Notes: generated by a model not told the origin, from the letters alone. A stretch of DNA of 64,000 nt from Lysobacterales bacterium (GCA_038224265.1 JBBRFN010000001.1:2024-66023); one strand, 5' to 3'. Positions 35,638 through 45,476 are shown, counted from the first letter of the stretch. Program-made: numbers and translations.

Positions 35638-38079
35638 ATGAGCGCGGTCCGCGCACCCGCTGCACCGACGTGGTATCGATTTTCGGCGCCATTCGGGCTG
35701 ATCGCGGTGGCGCTGGTTCTTGCTCTGGGCCTGGGACTGCTTTGGGCTGCGCAGCGTGCCGATGCGCTTGCGCTTGCGACTCAGAAGGATCAACTGCGCA
35801 ATGCGATCGCGGCACAGTTGAAAGGCATTCGCGCGCACGTGGGGTCCGAGCTGCAGTGGGACGAAGCCGTGGCCAATCTGGGCAACGACTTCGATCCAAT
35901 GTGGGCCGACTTGCATCTGGCCGACTGGCTTGGCGCCACGCGCGGCATCGAACACGTTATCGTGTTCGATGCCGATGATCAGGCAATTTATTACGGCGCG
36001 GATGGTGAACGCGCCGTAGCCGCGAACTGGGCCACACTGGGCGTCGATCCTGCAGGGCTGCTGGCGCCGTTGCGCGAGCGCGAACGTGAGCGCGGCAGCG
36101 TGTGGCGGCCGGCCTCGGACTTCTCCGTGACGCTGAGCCAACCGGTCGACTCAGGGCAGTTGAAGATCCTGAACGGGCGTCCCGCACTGGTGACCGCCAC
36201 CTTGGTCCAGCCCGACTTCGGACGTTCGCTGCCGCGCGGGCCTCGCGCACCGATCGTGGTCACCACCAAATGGCTCGATCGTTCGATACTCGATGATGTC
36301 GGCGCAGTGCTGCAGCTGCAGGACATCGTAGTGGACGTTGGTCCACCGCGGAATCCGAGGCGGGCATCGATGCCTTTGACCGACGATCGCGGTGCGGCAG
36401 TCGCCTGGGCGTCGTGGGTTTCCGAGCTTCCAGGCCGATCACTGCTGTTCGATGCGCTACCGTTTTTACTCGGTTGCTGCATTGGGCTGATCGTGTTGAT
36501 CGCCGGGACCGTGATGCGCATCTGGCAGTCTCAACGCCAGCTGCAGTTGGCCAAGGCCAAGGCAGTGGCGCAGGCAGCGCTGCTCGAGCGCATGTCAGCG
36601 CTGGGCGAGATCGGCGCCTGGGAACTCGATCCCGGGGCCAACACACTGCGCCACTCGCGCTATGCCAGTCAGATGGCGGGCTTGGATCCAGACACGCCGA
36701 TTGCGCCGGAAGCCTCCGCAGCTCTTTACAGGGGTGACTCCTTCGTACGGCTCAATGTGGCGCTGCGTGCCGCGATCACGCAGGCCGAGCCATTCGACCT
36801 GCTGCTCGAAATGCGCAACGTCGGCGGACGCGAGCGCGTGGTACGCATGCAGGGCAGCCCGGTCCTGGAGGGCGGCCGGTGCGTGCTGGTCAGCGGTACA
36901 GCGCAGGATATAACCGAGCAGGTGCAGCGCGAGCAGGCGCTCACCCGGCAGGCCGACCTGCTCGAACGCATGTCGCGGATCGCGGACGTCGGGGCATGGG
37001 AGTACGTAATCAAGACCCGCAGCCTGACTTTCACCGGTCATGTGCATCGGATTTACGGCTTTGCGCACGACGTCGAACTCTCGCTGGAGCGTATCGCGGC
37101 GCTGTATACGCCTGCCGATCGCAAACTCATCATGGATGTCATGACGCGTGCGCTGAAAGAAGGTGCGCCGTGGGATCTGGAGATGAACCCGACCACGGCA
37201 GACGGCCGCTCGGTGTGGGTCCGGGGGGTTGGCGAAACCGAGTGGGTCGACGGCAAGCCGGTACGGCTGATCGGCACACTGCGCGAGGTGACGCGCGAAA
37301 AAGCGGCTGCGTCCGCCCTTGCGCAGGCGATGGATGACCTGCGCACGCGTAATAGCGACCTGCAGGAATTCACTTATGCGGCGTCGCATGACTTGCAGGA
37401 GCCGGTGCGCAAGGTGCAGGCACTCGGCTCGCTGCTGCTCGACCGCTACGGCACCACGGTGGATCATGGTGCGCTGGACTACATAACGCGCATGCGCGCA
37501 GCAGCGAGCCGAATGGGTACGCTGATCGACGATGTGCTGTCGTACTCGAAAGTCAGTGCCCGGCCGGGGCAGGCTGTGCCGGTCGCACTCGGACAGATCG
37601 CGCGCGAGGTAATCGATGACCTGGAAACCCTGGTCCAGCGCAATGCCGGCGTGGTGCACATCTGCGATTTGCCGCAAATCGAAGCCGACCCGACACAGAT
37701 GCGCCAGCTGCTGCAGAATTTGATCGGCAACGCTTTGAAGTACCAGCATCCCGAGCGGGCACCCGAGGTGTGGGTGGCTGCGGAACTCCCGGCTTCGCTG
37801 GATGGGCAAGCGCCAATTTGCCGGATCACCGTGAACGACAATGGCATCGGTTTCGACAACCGGTTCGCGGAGTCGACCTTCGCACCGTTTCGCCGTCTGC
37901 ATGATCGCTCGGTCTATGACGGCACCGGGATGGGGCTTGCGATCGTTCGGCGAATCGCCGAGTGGCACCAGGGGCGGGTCACGGCGAGCAGCGTGGAGGG
38001 CGGCGGTAGCTGCTTTGCGGTGGAGCTGCCGTTGCGGCACTGCCCGACGCCCGATGGTCAGGCTGCCCGCGCGTCCTGA
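35638..38079 (+). CDS. sensor histidine kinase with a CHASE4-like periplasmic domain and two PAS domains
   Basis: Two TM helices bracket an extracytoplasmic domain of about 250 aa. Two PAS-like repeats follow, then the H-box AASHDLQEPVRK, the N-box LIGNALKY, DNGIGF and GTGMGLAIV. Confidence 0.88.
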   Translation: MSAVRAPAAPTWYRFSAPFGLIAVALVLALGLGLLWAAQRADALALATQKDQLRNAIAAQLKGIRAHVGSELQWDEAVANLGNDFDPMWADLHLADWLGATRGIEHVIVFDADDQAIYYGADGERAVAANWATLGVDPAGLLAPLRERERERGSVWRPASDFSVTLSQPVDSGQLKILNGRPALVTATLVQPDFGRSLPRGPRAPIVVTTKWLDRSILDDVGAVLQLQDIVVDVGPPRNPRRASMPLTDDRGAAVAWASWVSELPGRSLLFDALPFLLGCCIGLIVLIAGTVMRIWQSQRQLQLAKAKAVAQAALLERMSALGEIGAWELDPGANTLRHSRYASQMAGLDPDTPIAPEASAALYRGDSFVRLNVALRAAITQAEPFDLLLEMRNVGGRERVVRMQGSPVLEGGRCVLVSGTAQDITEQVQREQALTRQADLLERMSRIADVGAWEYVIKTRSLTFTGHVHRIYGFAHDVELSLERIAALYTPADRKLIMDVMTRALKEGAPWDLEMNPTTADGRSVWVRGVGETEWVDGKPVRLIGTLREVTREKAAASALAQAMDDLRTRNSDLQEFTYAASHDLQEPVRKVQALGSLLLDRYGTTVDHGALDYITRMRAAASRMGTLIDDVLSYSKVSARPGQAVPVALGQIAREVIDDLETLVQRNAGVVHICDLPQIEADPTQMRQLLQNLIGNALKYQHPERAPEVWVAAELPASLDGQAPICRITVNDNGIGFDNRFAESTFAPFRRLHDRSVYDGTGMGLAIVRRIAEWHQGRVTASSVEGGGSCFAVELPLRHCPTPDGQAARAS

Positions 38080-38129
38080 CCGGAACCATACGGTCCAACA
38101 CGAACGGAACGGCACATTCCGGCGGCATG

Positions 38130-38747
38130 TCACGGGGTGCCCAGCGCGTAGCGATAGTTCCCGGTGATCGGATATGCGAACAGGATGTCCTCGACTTCGG
38201 GCCCGCGGCCGATGTTGTGCACGATCAGCGGCACCCCCTCCGGCGAGGTTTTGTCGGACACGATGCCGATGTGCGGAAGGTTACCCGGCAGCATCCAGGT
38301 GACGAGATCGCCGGGACGGTAGTCCTGTGCGGCGCGACCGATGTCGCGCGCGGCGCCAGCGCGGCGAAAGAACGCCTGCAGGTTTGGAACCCGGCGGTGG
38401 TCGATGTTTGGATCAGGTCGGCGCAGGCCCCAGAGCTTCGGATATGCGTCGAACTCCCGACGCATGTCCTCATGCACTGCAACTTGCAGGTCGATGGCCA
38501 GCGCGCGGTAGGCGCGGATCACGACATCCGTACAAACACCACGGTCGACTGGCACGTCGCCGCCGGGATAGTCGATGCGCCGGTACGAACCGTCGTAGGT
38601 GACCGCTGCATTGGTCTGCGCATGCGCCGCGGCAATCAGTTGCGCGGCGCGATTGGCCGCCTCGTCCTGCGCAACCGTGCCTGCAAACGGCATGGCAAGC
38701 ACGCCAAGGACAACGCCGCAAAGCAACAGGCGCCACGCCCGGCTCAC
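38130..38747 (-). CDS. DUF1287 domain protein
   Basis: Shows the DUF1287 pattern (YDGSYRRIDYPGGDVP, GVCTDVVIRAYR, GDLVTW, PHIGIVS). The start is placed at GTG 38747, which overlaps the upstream stop (GTGA). A signal-like N-terminus follows. Confidence 0.8.
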   Translation of the reverse strand: MSRAWRLLLCGVVLGVLAMPFAGTVAQDEAANRAAQLIAAAHAQTNAAVTYDGSYRRIDYPGGDVPVDRGVCTDVVIRAYRALAIDLQVAVHEDMRREFDAYPKLWGLRRPDPNIDHRRVPNLQAFFRRAGAARDIGRAAQDYRPGDLVTWMLPGNLPHIGIVSDKTSPEGVPLIVHNIGRGPEVEDILFAYPITGNYRYALGTP

Positions 38748-39136
38748 GTGCCGACCGGCGTGCACAGTTCCACCAGCAATCCGTCGGGACAGCGCAAGTA
38801 CGCCACAATCTGCCCCCACGGGCGCGCCGCAGGCGCTGCGAGTTCGACCGCGCCGGCATCGAGCGCGCGGCGATGAGCTGCGGCCACATCGTTGGTTACC
38901 AGTCCGACTTCGAAGCCCAGCGGCTGTGGCGAACGGTGCGCTTCCACGTGCCCGCCGGGAAAGTTGTGCTCGCCGAGGGCGTGATCGGCGAATGCGAGCG
39001 TGGTGGCGCCAGTCTCCAATTCGCCGTAGGTGCCGGACTCATGCAGGAATCGGGTCGGCACGCCGAAGGCGCGGTCGAAGAACCCCAACGAGGCCGCTAC
39101 ATCGGGGACGTAGACAATGGTGTAGCCGAGTTTCAT
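38744..39136 (-). CDS. VOC (glyoxalase/bleomycin-resistance) family protein
   Basis: ATG 39136 is preceded by GGAGAA. The 130-aa product starts MKLGYTIVYVPDV and has a typical VOC beta-alpha-beta-beta-beta pattern. Confidence 0.82.
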   Translation of the reverse strand: MKLGYTIVYVPDVAASLGFFDRAFGVPTRFLHESGTYGELETGATTLAFADHALGEHNFPGGHVEAHRSPQPLGFEVGLVTNDVAAAHRRALDAGAVELAAPAARPWGQIVAYLRCPDGLLVELCTPVGT

Positions 39137-39310
39137 CAGGTTTCTCCGTTTCCTTCCCCCTCGATGGGAGAGCGGCGCGGTGGCTGCCGTGCATATCGTA
39201 GCGGTCTGATCACGCGCTGGAGTATCGTACCGTGGCGTGTGAGGCGGAGAGCGCCACGAGCCTGCCGCAAATCCGGGCAGTTGGCTCAAGATTGACAGGA
39301 CCTAAAGATC

Positions 39311-39751
39311 ATGAAATCCATCGTTTCGTTGTGCGCGATCGCCGCGCTGTGCGTGGGCAGCTTGCTGACGTCCTCGGCGCATGCGGCCAAGATCGATTGC
39401 GAAATGCGCTTCGATCTGAAGGGCTGGTCGGTGTTCTACAAGCGGTCCAGCGGGACCGGAACGATTACCTGCAACAACGGTCAGCGCATGCAGGTGCGGC
39501 TGGAGGCGCGCGGTGGCGGGTTGAGCGTCGGCAAGTCGCGGATCGAGAACGGCGTCGGCGAGTTCTCCGGCGTCGACAGCATCGGCGAACTGCTAGGCGC
39601 CTACGCCAGCGCCGAAGCGAGCGCTGGCGCCGGGCGTGCGGCCAAGGGGCAGGTGGTGACCAAGGGCGAGGTGTCGCTCGCGCTCAGCGGCACCGGCAAA
39701 GGGTGGGAACTTGGCGTCGTGTTCGGCAACCTGATCATCAGCAGGCGCTGA
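39311..39751 (+). CDS. exported hypothetical protein
   Basis: The 146-aa product has the signal peptide LLTSSAHA and is Gly/Ser-rich and beta-like. I recognise no family. Confidence 0.6.
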   Translation: MKSIVSLCAIAALCVGSLLTSSAHAAKIDCEMRFDLKGWSVFYKRSSGTGTITCNNGQRMQVRLEARGGGLSVGKSRIENGVGEFSGVDSIGELLGAYASAEASAGAGRAAKGQVVTKGEVSLALSGTGKGWELGVVFGNLIISRR

Positions 39752-39929
39752 GCACTTGCGGCACTGAGCTGCGGCGTTCTGCACAAGCGCGCGGTCTTGT
39801 TGTCGCGCGGCTGACCGATTGCGCGAGCCGAAGAGGCGCCGCGACCCGATTCTGCCAGCGGCATTCGACTCGGTGCGGCTACGCTTCAACGCGCGGGCGG
39901 TGCCAAAACCTGCGCAATGCCTCGGGACC

Positions 39930-40325
39930 TCATGTTTCGGGCAGGCTGTACTCGATGGTGTAAAAGTGCGCGCCGCCGGCTTCGATGCGGATCTCCATGC
40001 GCCCGCGCAGGCCGCTGAGTTCGCCGTCGCCGGAGTCGGGTATCACGCGAATGTCGAGATGGAACTGCCCGCCTTCCATCGCACCCAGATGCTGCATTGC
40101 GAATGAGCCACTGCGGCCGTCGAGGGTTCCGGTGACGCGTTCAATGGCGACGTAACCGGCTGAGCCTTGGGTCTTGGTGGTGTGGCCGAGCATTTCGCCG
40201 ACGGCGGTTGCGTCGAGCGAGCCGTGGTAACGCTTGTCCAGGCGCAATCGTGCCGCACCGGTTTCGGCTTTGAGGTCGTCCAGTGGCGTGGTCTTGACAT
40301 CGAAGGGCCCTGCAATGCGTGGCAT
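39930..40325 (-). CDS. DUF3224 domain protein
   Basis: The start is placed at ATG 40325 (MPRIAGPFDVK). The length (131 aa) and pattern (RYHGSLDATAVGEML...GYVAIERVTGTLDGRSGSF) fit DUF3224. Confidence 0.7.
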   Translation of the reverse strand: MPRIAGPFDVKTTPLDDLKAETGAARLRLDKRYHGSLDATAVGEMLGHTTKTQGSAGYVAIERVTGTLDGRSGSFAMQHLGAMEGGQFHLDIRVIPDSGDGELSGLRGRMEIRIEAGGAHFYTIEYSLPET

Positions 40326-40592
40326 GATCGGATCCTCGGCAGCGGCTACGGGTTGTGCGGAAAGGGTAGTGGCATTTGCGCGCGACAATGTGTGGGCAGC
40401 CGTGCGCGGGGGCGCCGCGGACGACCAGAGCAGCACAGTCGACAGGCGCGGCAAGCAGGTTTACGCGCGATTGCGTCCATCCTGGAGGCTGGTCCGTACG
40501 GGGGTTGTAGTACACAATCACGGCCGGCGCATTGCACGAACCGCGCTGGCGCAGGCGTTGGACATCAACAGGGGAGAACTGCCATCAACAGC

Positions 40593-42668
40593 ATGACGCT
40601 GGCCACCATTTTGATGGTCCTGCTTGCGAGCAGCGCGCGGGCGAACACCGACGATGACAGCGCAGAAGACCTCGCAGCGGCGCGTGCGGACGCCACGCGC
40701 GCCGCGCGACTGCCCACCGTCGAGGTGCTCGGGCGCCGACAGAATCTGGTCGGCGAGGCAATCTCGGCATCGCAGGGCGAGATCGGGCCGGAGCAGTTGC
40801 GCGACCGGCCACGATTGCGCACCGGCGATCTGGTGGAGTACGTGCCCGGCATGGTCGCTACCCAGCACTCGGGATCGGGCAAGGCCAACCAGTACTTCCT
40901 GCGCGGTTTCAACCTCGACCACGGCACCGACTTCGCCACCTTTGTCGACGGCATGCCGGTGAACATGCGTACCCATGGTCACGGCCATGGCTATTCCGAC
41001 CTGAACTTCGTGATTCCGGAACTGGTCGAGTCGCTGAGCTACCGCAAGGGTCCTTACTATGCCGACGTCGGCGATTTCGGTTCCGCCGGCAGCGCTGCGT
41101 TCCGTCTTGCCGAGCGCCTGCCCGCGCGCGTGGTCGAGCTGGGTCTGGGCGCCAACGGCTATGGGCGCCTCGTGTCGGTCGGCAGCGTCGAGAAGGGCGA
41201 AGCGACGCTGACCTTCGGGCTCGAGAGCCAGCGCTACGACGGTCCGTGGACCGACGTTGCCGAGGATGTGCGCAAGAACAACCTCGCGTTGAAGTTCAGC
41301 GCGCCGGTGGGTCCGGGCAGCGCGCACCTGCTGTTGCTTGCATACGACAACCAGTGGAACTCGCCCGACCAGGTTCCGCAGCGTGCGATAGACGCAGGCT
41401 TGATCGATGCGCTCGGTTCGATCGACAACCAGCTCGGTGGCGACTCGACGCGCGAGTCTCTGTCCGGCGGCTGGGCGGGCCCGCTGGCGGGCGGCGAGCT
41501 GACCACATCAGCCTATGTCATCGACTACAGCCTCGACCTGTGGTCGAACTTCACCTACCGACTCGACGATCCGCTGCGCGGCGATCAGTTTCAGCAGTTC
41601 GATCGGCGCCGCGTGCAGGGCGCGGCTGCGACCCAGCAGTGGCAGGACGCACGCTGGCAGGTCCGTGTGGGCGTCGATGCCCGGCGCGACGACATCGAGC
41701 GGGTCGGCCTGTGCCGAACCGTGGCGCGGGCGTGCATAACGCCGGTGCGCGACGACAAGGTGCTGCAAGACAGCGTTGCGCTATGGGCCGACGGCGAATG
41801 GCGCTTCACCGAGCGACTGCGCGCTTATGCCGGCGTGCGCAACGACGGCTTGGACTTCAAGGTTGCCACGCTGCAGCCGGAAAATTCAGGCCGCGCCGAT
41901 GCTGATCGGACTTCGGCTAAGGGCAGTCTGATCCTGACTGTCGCCAAGCCCGTGGAGCTCTACCTGTCCTGGGGCGAGGGTCTGCATTCGAACGATGCGC
42001 GCGGAACCACAATCCGCATCGACCCGGTCAGCGGCGAGCCGGCGCAGCGTGTCGATGCATTGGTGGGCTCGGTGGGCAGCGAACTCGGCGCGCGTTTGTT
42101 CCTTGGCGACCGCGTGCACGGCACCTTGTCTTTGTGGCAGCTCGATCTGGATTCCGAGCTGCTGTTCGTCGGCGATGCGGGGACCACCGAGGCAACCCGT
42201 CCGAGCGAGCGCCGCGGCGTCGAACTCGGTCTGTACTGGTTCGGCAGCGAACGCTGGGGTGGCGAGCTGGAGATCGAGTACACACGCGCGCGCTTCGGTG
42301 ACCAGGATGCTGCAGGCGACCGAATCCCGGGCGCGATTCCACTGGTGGTCAGTGGCGGCATCAACTGGAATCTCGACGGCGGCTGGTTCGCCACCGCGCG
42401 GGTGCGTCATTTCGGCGCTTACCCGCTGATCGAGGACAACAGCGTGCGCTCGGACGGATCGACGATGGTGAACCTGCGCGCCGGCCGCCGCTGGGGTAAC
42501 TGGACGCTGACGCTGGACCTGCTCAACGCGCTCGATTCCGACGATCACGATATCGACTACTTCTATGCTTCGCGACTGCCGGGCGAAGCGGCTGACGGAA
42601 TCGAGGACATCCACTTCCATCCCTTCGAGCCGCGCGCGCTGCGCGCGGCGTTGAGTTATCGCTTCTGA
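40593..42668 (+). CDS. TonB-dependent receptor
   Basis: ATG 40593 lies inside the longer ORF. The product has a signal peptide, a TonB-box-like LPTVEVLG, a plug domain (QYFLRGFNLDHGTDF), a beta-barrel and the terminal ...LSYRF. Confidence 0.9.
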   Translation: MTLATILMVLLASSARANTDDDSAEDLAAARADATRAARLPTVEVLGRRQNLVGEAISASQGEIGPEQLRDRPRLRTGDLVEYVPGMVATQHSGSGKANQYFLRGFNLDHGTDFATFVDGMPVNMRTHGHGHGYSDLNFVIPELVESLSYRKGPYYADVGDFGSAGSAAFRLAERLPARVVELGLGANGYGRLVSVGSVEKGEATLTFGLESQRYDGPWTDVAEDVRKNNLALKFSAPVGPGSAHLLLLAYDNQWNSPDQVPQRAIDAGLIDALGSIDNQLGGDSTRESLSGGWAGPLAGGELTTSAYVIDYSLDLWSNFTYRLDDPLRGDQFQQFDRRRVQGAAATQQWQDARWQVRVGVDARRDDIERVGLCRTVARACITPVRDDKVLQDSVALWADGEWRFTERLRAYAGVRNDGLDFKVATLQPENSGRADADRTSAKGSLILTVAKPVELYLSWGEGLHSNDARGTTIRIDPVSGEPAQRVDALVGSVGSELGARLFLGDRVHGTLSLWQLDLDSELLFVGDAGTTEATRPSERRGVELGLYWFGSERWGGELEIEYTRARFGDQDAAGDRIPGAIPLVVSGGINWNLDGGWFATARVRHFGAYPLIEDNSVRSDGSTMVNLRAGRRWGNWTLTLDLLNALDSDDHDIDYFYASRLPGEAADGIEDIHFHPFEPRALRAALSYRF

Positions 42669-42691
42669 GCGCGATCGCGACCGTCGGACTG

Positions 42692-43723
42692 CTACGGCTG
42701 GAAGCGGAACTTCTCCTGCAGCAGCGGCTGCCCTTCGACCAGTTTGCCGTCGCCACCGAGCAGCTCCCACTCGATGCTCTTGCCGCCGTTCGCGTAGCAA
42801 TCGAGGGTCAACATGATCGCCGCATCGATGCGTTCGCCCAGTTTCTTGTGCAGTTTCTCGAACGCCGCAGGAAGTTCACCGGCAGTTGCCGGACGGCTGC
42901 ATCGCTTGTAGAGCTCGGCAAGTTGGCGATCGATCGGACTTGCCGGAGTACTGCCGACCAGCATGCCCTCGTCCACGGTCCACTGGCGCAGAACGTAGCC
43001 TGCAGTGGCGTCGTCGTACGCCGCGGTGACCATACCCGCATCGACTATCAGCCGATGCACGACGGTTTTGTTACCCAGCGCGCCGCGTAGAAACTCCATC
43101 ACCTTGGCGCCCGAGCGAATCGGCGCTTCGATGCCGAGGCTTGGGCCGTATTCGACTTTCGGTGCCAGCCAGGATGATTCCGGCGGTGCCCGATCCTCGA
43201 TCACGCGCCCACCGGAATCGAAGGTGAGGGTGCGAAACCCAGGCTGTTCGAAGGAGATGGTGGTCTGCACGACCGGCTCGGGCAGCGCCAGCGAGGTTAC
43301 CACCAGCACCGACGGAACCTGTTTCGGCGCCTCGGCCAGGCTGCGGCCGCGCTCGACCAGCGCTGCCAGTCCGGCGCGATCATAGGCGTTGCGCGGCAGG
43401 CGCTCGTCGGGCAGGTCGGTGCCGCCGGAGATCTCCTCGGGCACCTGGAAAGCCTTGCCTTCGGCAACGCTATCCCCACCCCCAACGCAGGACAGCGTGA
43501 CCAATACGTTGTCGCGGCCGCCGGATTCGACCATGACGGTTACGCGATCATTTTCGATCTTCAGCTGCAGCCATGGCCGGCCTTCATTGAAACCAGCCAG
43601 CGTGGCCAGACACGATGCGCTGTCATCAAGCCAGGACCCGAGCGCGTCGGCGTGCGCTGCAGGCATGCTTCCTGCCATCGCAATCAGCAGCAACCCAGGC
43701 AGGCAACAAGCTCGACGCTTCAT
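42692..43723 (-). CDS. exported hypothetical protein
   Basis: The 343-aa product has the signal peptide AMAGSMPAAHA and balanced composition. I recognise no family. Confidence 0.6.
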   Translation of the reverse strand: MKRRACCLPGLLLIAMAGSMPAAHADALGSWLDDSASCLATLAGFNEGRPWLQLKIENDRVTVMVESGGRDNVLVTLSCVGGGDSVAEGKAFQVPEEISGGTDLPDERLPRNAYDRAGLAALVERGRSLAEAPKQVPSVLVVTSLALPEPVVQTTISFEQPGFRTLTFDSGGRVIEDRAPPESSWLAPKVEYGPSLGIEAPIRSGAKVMEFLRGALGNKTVVHRLIVDAGMVTAAYDDATAGYVLRQWTVDEGMLVGSTPASPIDRQLAELYKRCSRPATAGELPAAFEKLHKKLGERIDAAIMLTLDCYANGGKSIEWELLGGDGKLVEGQPLLQEKFRFQP

Positions 43724-43863
43724 GGCAACTCCCGAACTGTCGGTAGTGATGGCGCAAATCCTAGCAGGAGAGATCGAAAGGCTTGCAGCCAGCTTGCGTG
43801 GCGAAGCCCAAGCTGTGGTTCGCGCAGCGCGTCAGCGTGGGCGGATAGGTCGGTGACGGCATC

Positions 43864-43892
43864 TTGACGACATATTCTAGAATGCATATGCT
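43864..43892 (+). promoter_or_regulatory. sigma70-like promoter of tetR with embedded palindromes (predicted leaderless transcript)
   Basis: TTGACG (43864-69), a 17-nt spacer, then TATGCT (43887-92). The tetR ATG at 43899 lies 6 nt after the -10. The spacer contains the perfect palindrome ATTCTAGAAT (43874-83), followed by GCATATGC (43884-91). Confidence 0.45.
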
Positions 43893-43898
43893 AATTGA

Positions 43899-44528
43899 AT
43901 GGCGCGCAGCGAAAAGTTCAGTTCCGACCGTATCCTTGATGCAACTGCACGGATCGCGGCGCAGGTCGGGCCGCAGCAGGCCACGATGGCGCGTATCGCT
44001 AATGAGCTGGGCGCCCCCACAGGCTCGATCTACCATCGATTCTCATCGCGCGATGCGCTACTCGCAGAGGTGTGGTTCGGCGCAGCCGAAGCCTTCCAGC
44101 GCGCTTTCGGCGCGTGCCTGGAAGGCAAGGCCCCATGGGCCGCAGGTCTGGCGTCGGCGCTCATGGTTCTCGAGCGCGTGCGTTCACATCCCATCGAAGC
44201 GCGCATTCTGATGTTGCATCGACGCGAGGACTTCCTCGCCGGAGTTTGTCCGCAGTCGACGATAGATCGCGCCGCCGCGCTCAAGCAGCGCGCCGACTCC
44301 GCGCTGGTGAGCTACGCAGCGCGGCTGCTCGATCGGTCCGATCTCGCCACTCAACGCGGCGTGCGATTCGCGCTCGTCGATGTTCCTCTGGCTGCGGTGA
44401 TACCGCACCTGCGGGCGGGCGGTGCGCTGCCATCCGGGCTGGAAGCGCTGGTCCGTGTTGCGGTGACTGCCGTTTTGGTTGAGCTCGGCGCGCTGCCCCC
44501 ACGACAAGCAGCACGCAGGTCTCGATGA
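43899..44528 (+). CDS. TetR/AcrR family transcriptional regulator
   Basis: The 209-aa product has an N-terminal helix-turn-helix (ATMARIANELGAPTGSIYHRF). Confidence 0.9.
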   Translation: MARSEKFSSDRILDATARIAAQVGPQQATMARIANELGAPTGSIYHRFSSRDALLAEVWFGAAEAFQRAFGACLEGKAPWAAGLASALMVLERVRSHPIEARILMLHRREDFLAGVCPQSTIDRAAALKQRADSALVSYAARLLDRSDLATQRGVRFALVDVPLAAVIPHLRAGGALPSGLEALVRVAVTAVLVELGALPPRQAARRSR

Positions 44529-45310
44529 TCGCCGCACCGACCGCGGTGTTCTGCGCATGGCTGTTGTTTGCCGGCACTCACGTGTTGTTCGGATTCCCGC
44601 CACTACGCAATCGCCTTGCGATGAGACTAGGCGAGCAGCGGTTCGTCGCCGCGTTCAGCGCTGTTGCTGCCGTGTCGCTCGGGATCCTCGCGGCCGTCGT
44701 GTGGCGCTTTGGCGGTGAAGGACCAGTCGGTCCCGGTCATGCCATGGCTCCGACTGCGCGCGTGGCGCTGGCGACGCTGGCCACTCTCGGCCTGCTGCTG
44801 GCAGTAGCTGCTTTGCCTGCCTACCCGCGCTCGCCAATGGCACTGTTCCGAACCGGGTTCAAGGCACCAACTGGGATCGCGCGAGTCAGTCGGCATGCAT
44901 TCTTCGTCGGCATGACCGTTTTCGCCAGCGCCCATGCGCTGCTGGCACCTACGCTCGCTCAGAGCCTCTATCTTCTCGGATTCGCCGTGCTGGCGCTGGT
45001 TGGGGCGATTGCGCAGGACCGCAAGCTGCTGCAGCGATACGGGCTTGCGTACGCGGACTACATGGCGGTGACTTCGGTACTGCCGTTCGTTGCGATCTTG
45101 AGAGGACGCCAACGGCTGTCGCGCGATGATCGCCTGCCTCAGGCCCTGCTGCACGCGGGAACAATCACCCTGCTGGTGCTGCTGACTCATCCACTGTGGG
45201 CGGCGTTCAACGGCGCCTTGTTTGCCGGTGCGATGTCGGTTGGCGGCGTGTTCCTGTCGATGCAGCGTTGGCGCACAGCGCACGGCTGGAGAACCTCGCA
45301 ATCTGGGTGA
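44525..45310 (+). CDS. NnrU family membrane protein
   Basis: The ATG overlaps the tetR stop (ATGA). The product is polytopic, and GIARVSRHAFFVGMTVFASAHAL resembles the NnrU signature. Confidence 0.7.
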   Translation: MIAAPTAVFCAWLLFAGTHVLFGFPPLRNRLAMRLGEQRFVAAFSAVAAVSLGILAAVVWRFGGEGPVGPGHAMAPTARVALATLATLGLLLAVAALPAYPRSPMALFRTGFKAPTGIARVSRHAFFVGMTVFASAHALLAPTLAQSLYLLGFAVLALVGAIAQDRKLLQRYGLAYADYMAVTSVLPFVAILRGRQRLSRDDRLPQALLHAGTITLLVLLTHPLWAAFNGALFAGAMSVGGVFLSMQRWRTAHGWRTSQSG

Positions 45311-45381
45311 CTTCGCCATGCAGCTTTCACGCAGGAAGGTGGGCTGTGGTTGCCCGATGCCAGATCTGCACAACCCGCTCC

Positions 45382-45403
45382 GCATCGGTCTGCAGACCGA
45401 TGC
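45382..45403. promoter_or_regulatory. 22-bp perfect palindrome GCATCGGTCTG/CAGACCGATGC upstream of a TonB-dependent receptor gene
   Basis: Perfect dyad with no loop, 74 nt upstream of ATG 45477 and 72 nt downstream of the nnrU stop. Confidence 0.35.
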
Positions 45404-45476
45404 CGACACGCACCGAACTGTCTAGGCTGCACGGTTTGGCGGCGCTGTTGCCGCCCACCGGACCCAGGAGCGGTGC

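Noticed and set aside
40505-40517. AT-rich quasi-palindrome TTGTAGTACACAA upstream of the first TonB-dependent receptor, as a Zur or Fur box
   Set aside because: It is only a partial match to metalloregulator consensus sequences from memory, and the dyad is imperfect. I cannot support a call without a position weight matrix scan.
45311-45476. Possible cobalamin riboswitch upstream of a TonB-dependent receptor (IcmF in the window is B12-dependent)
   Set aside because: Only fragments resemble riboswitch elements (GGAAGGTGGG, GCCAGATCTGC, CCGAACTGT), and they are in the wrong order. There is no B12 box of the AGCCAGGAGACCTGCC type and no GCCACTG core. An Infernal scan with RF00174 would settle it.
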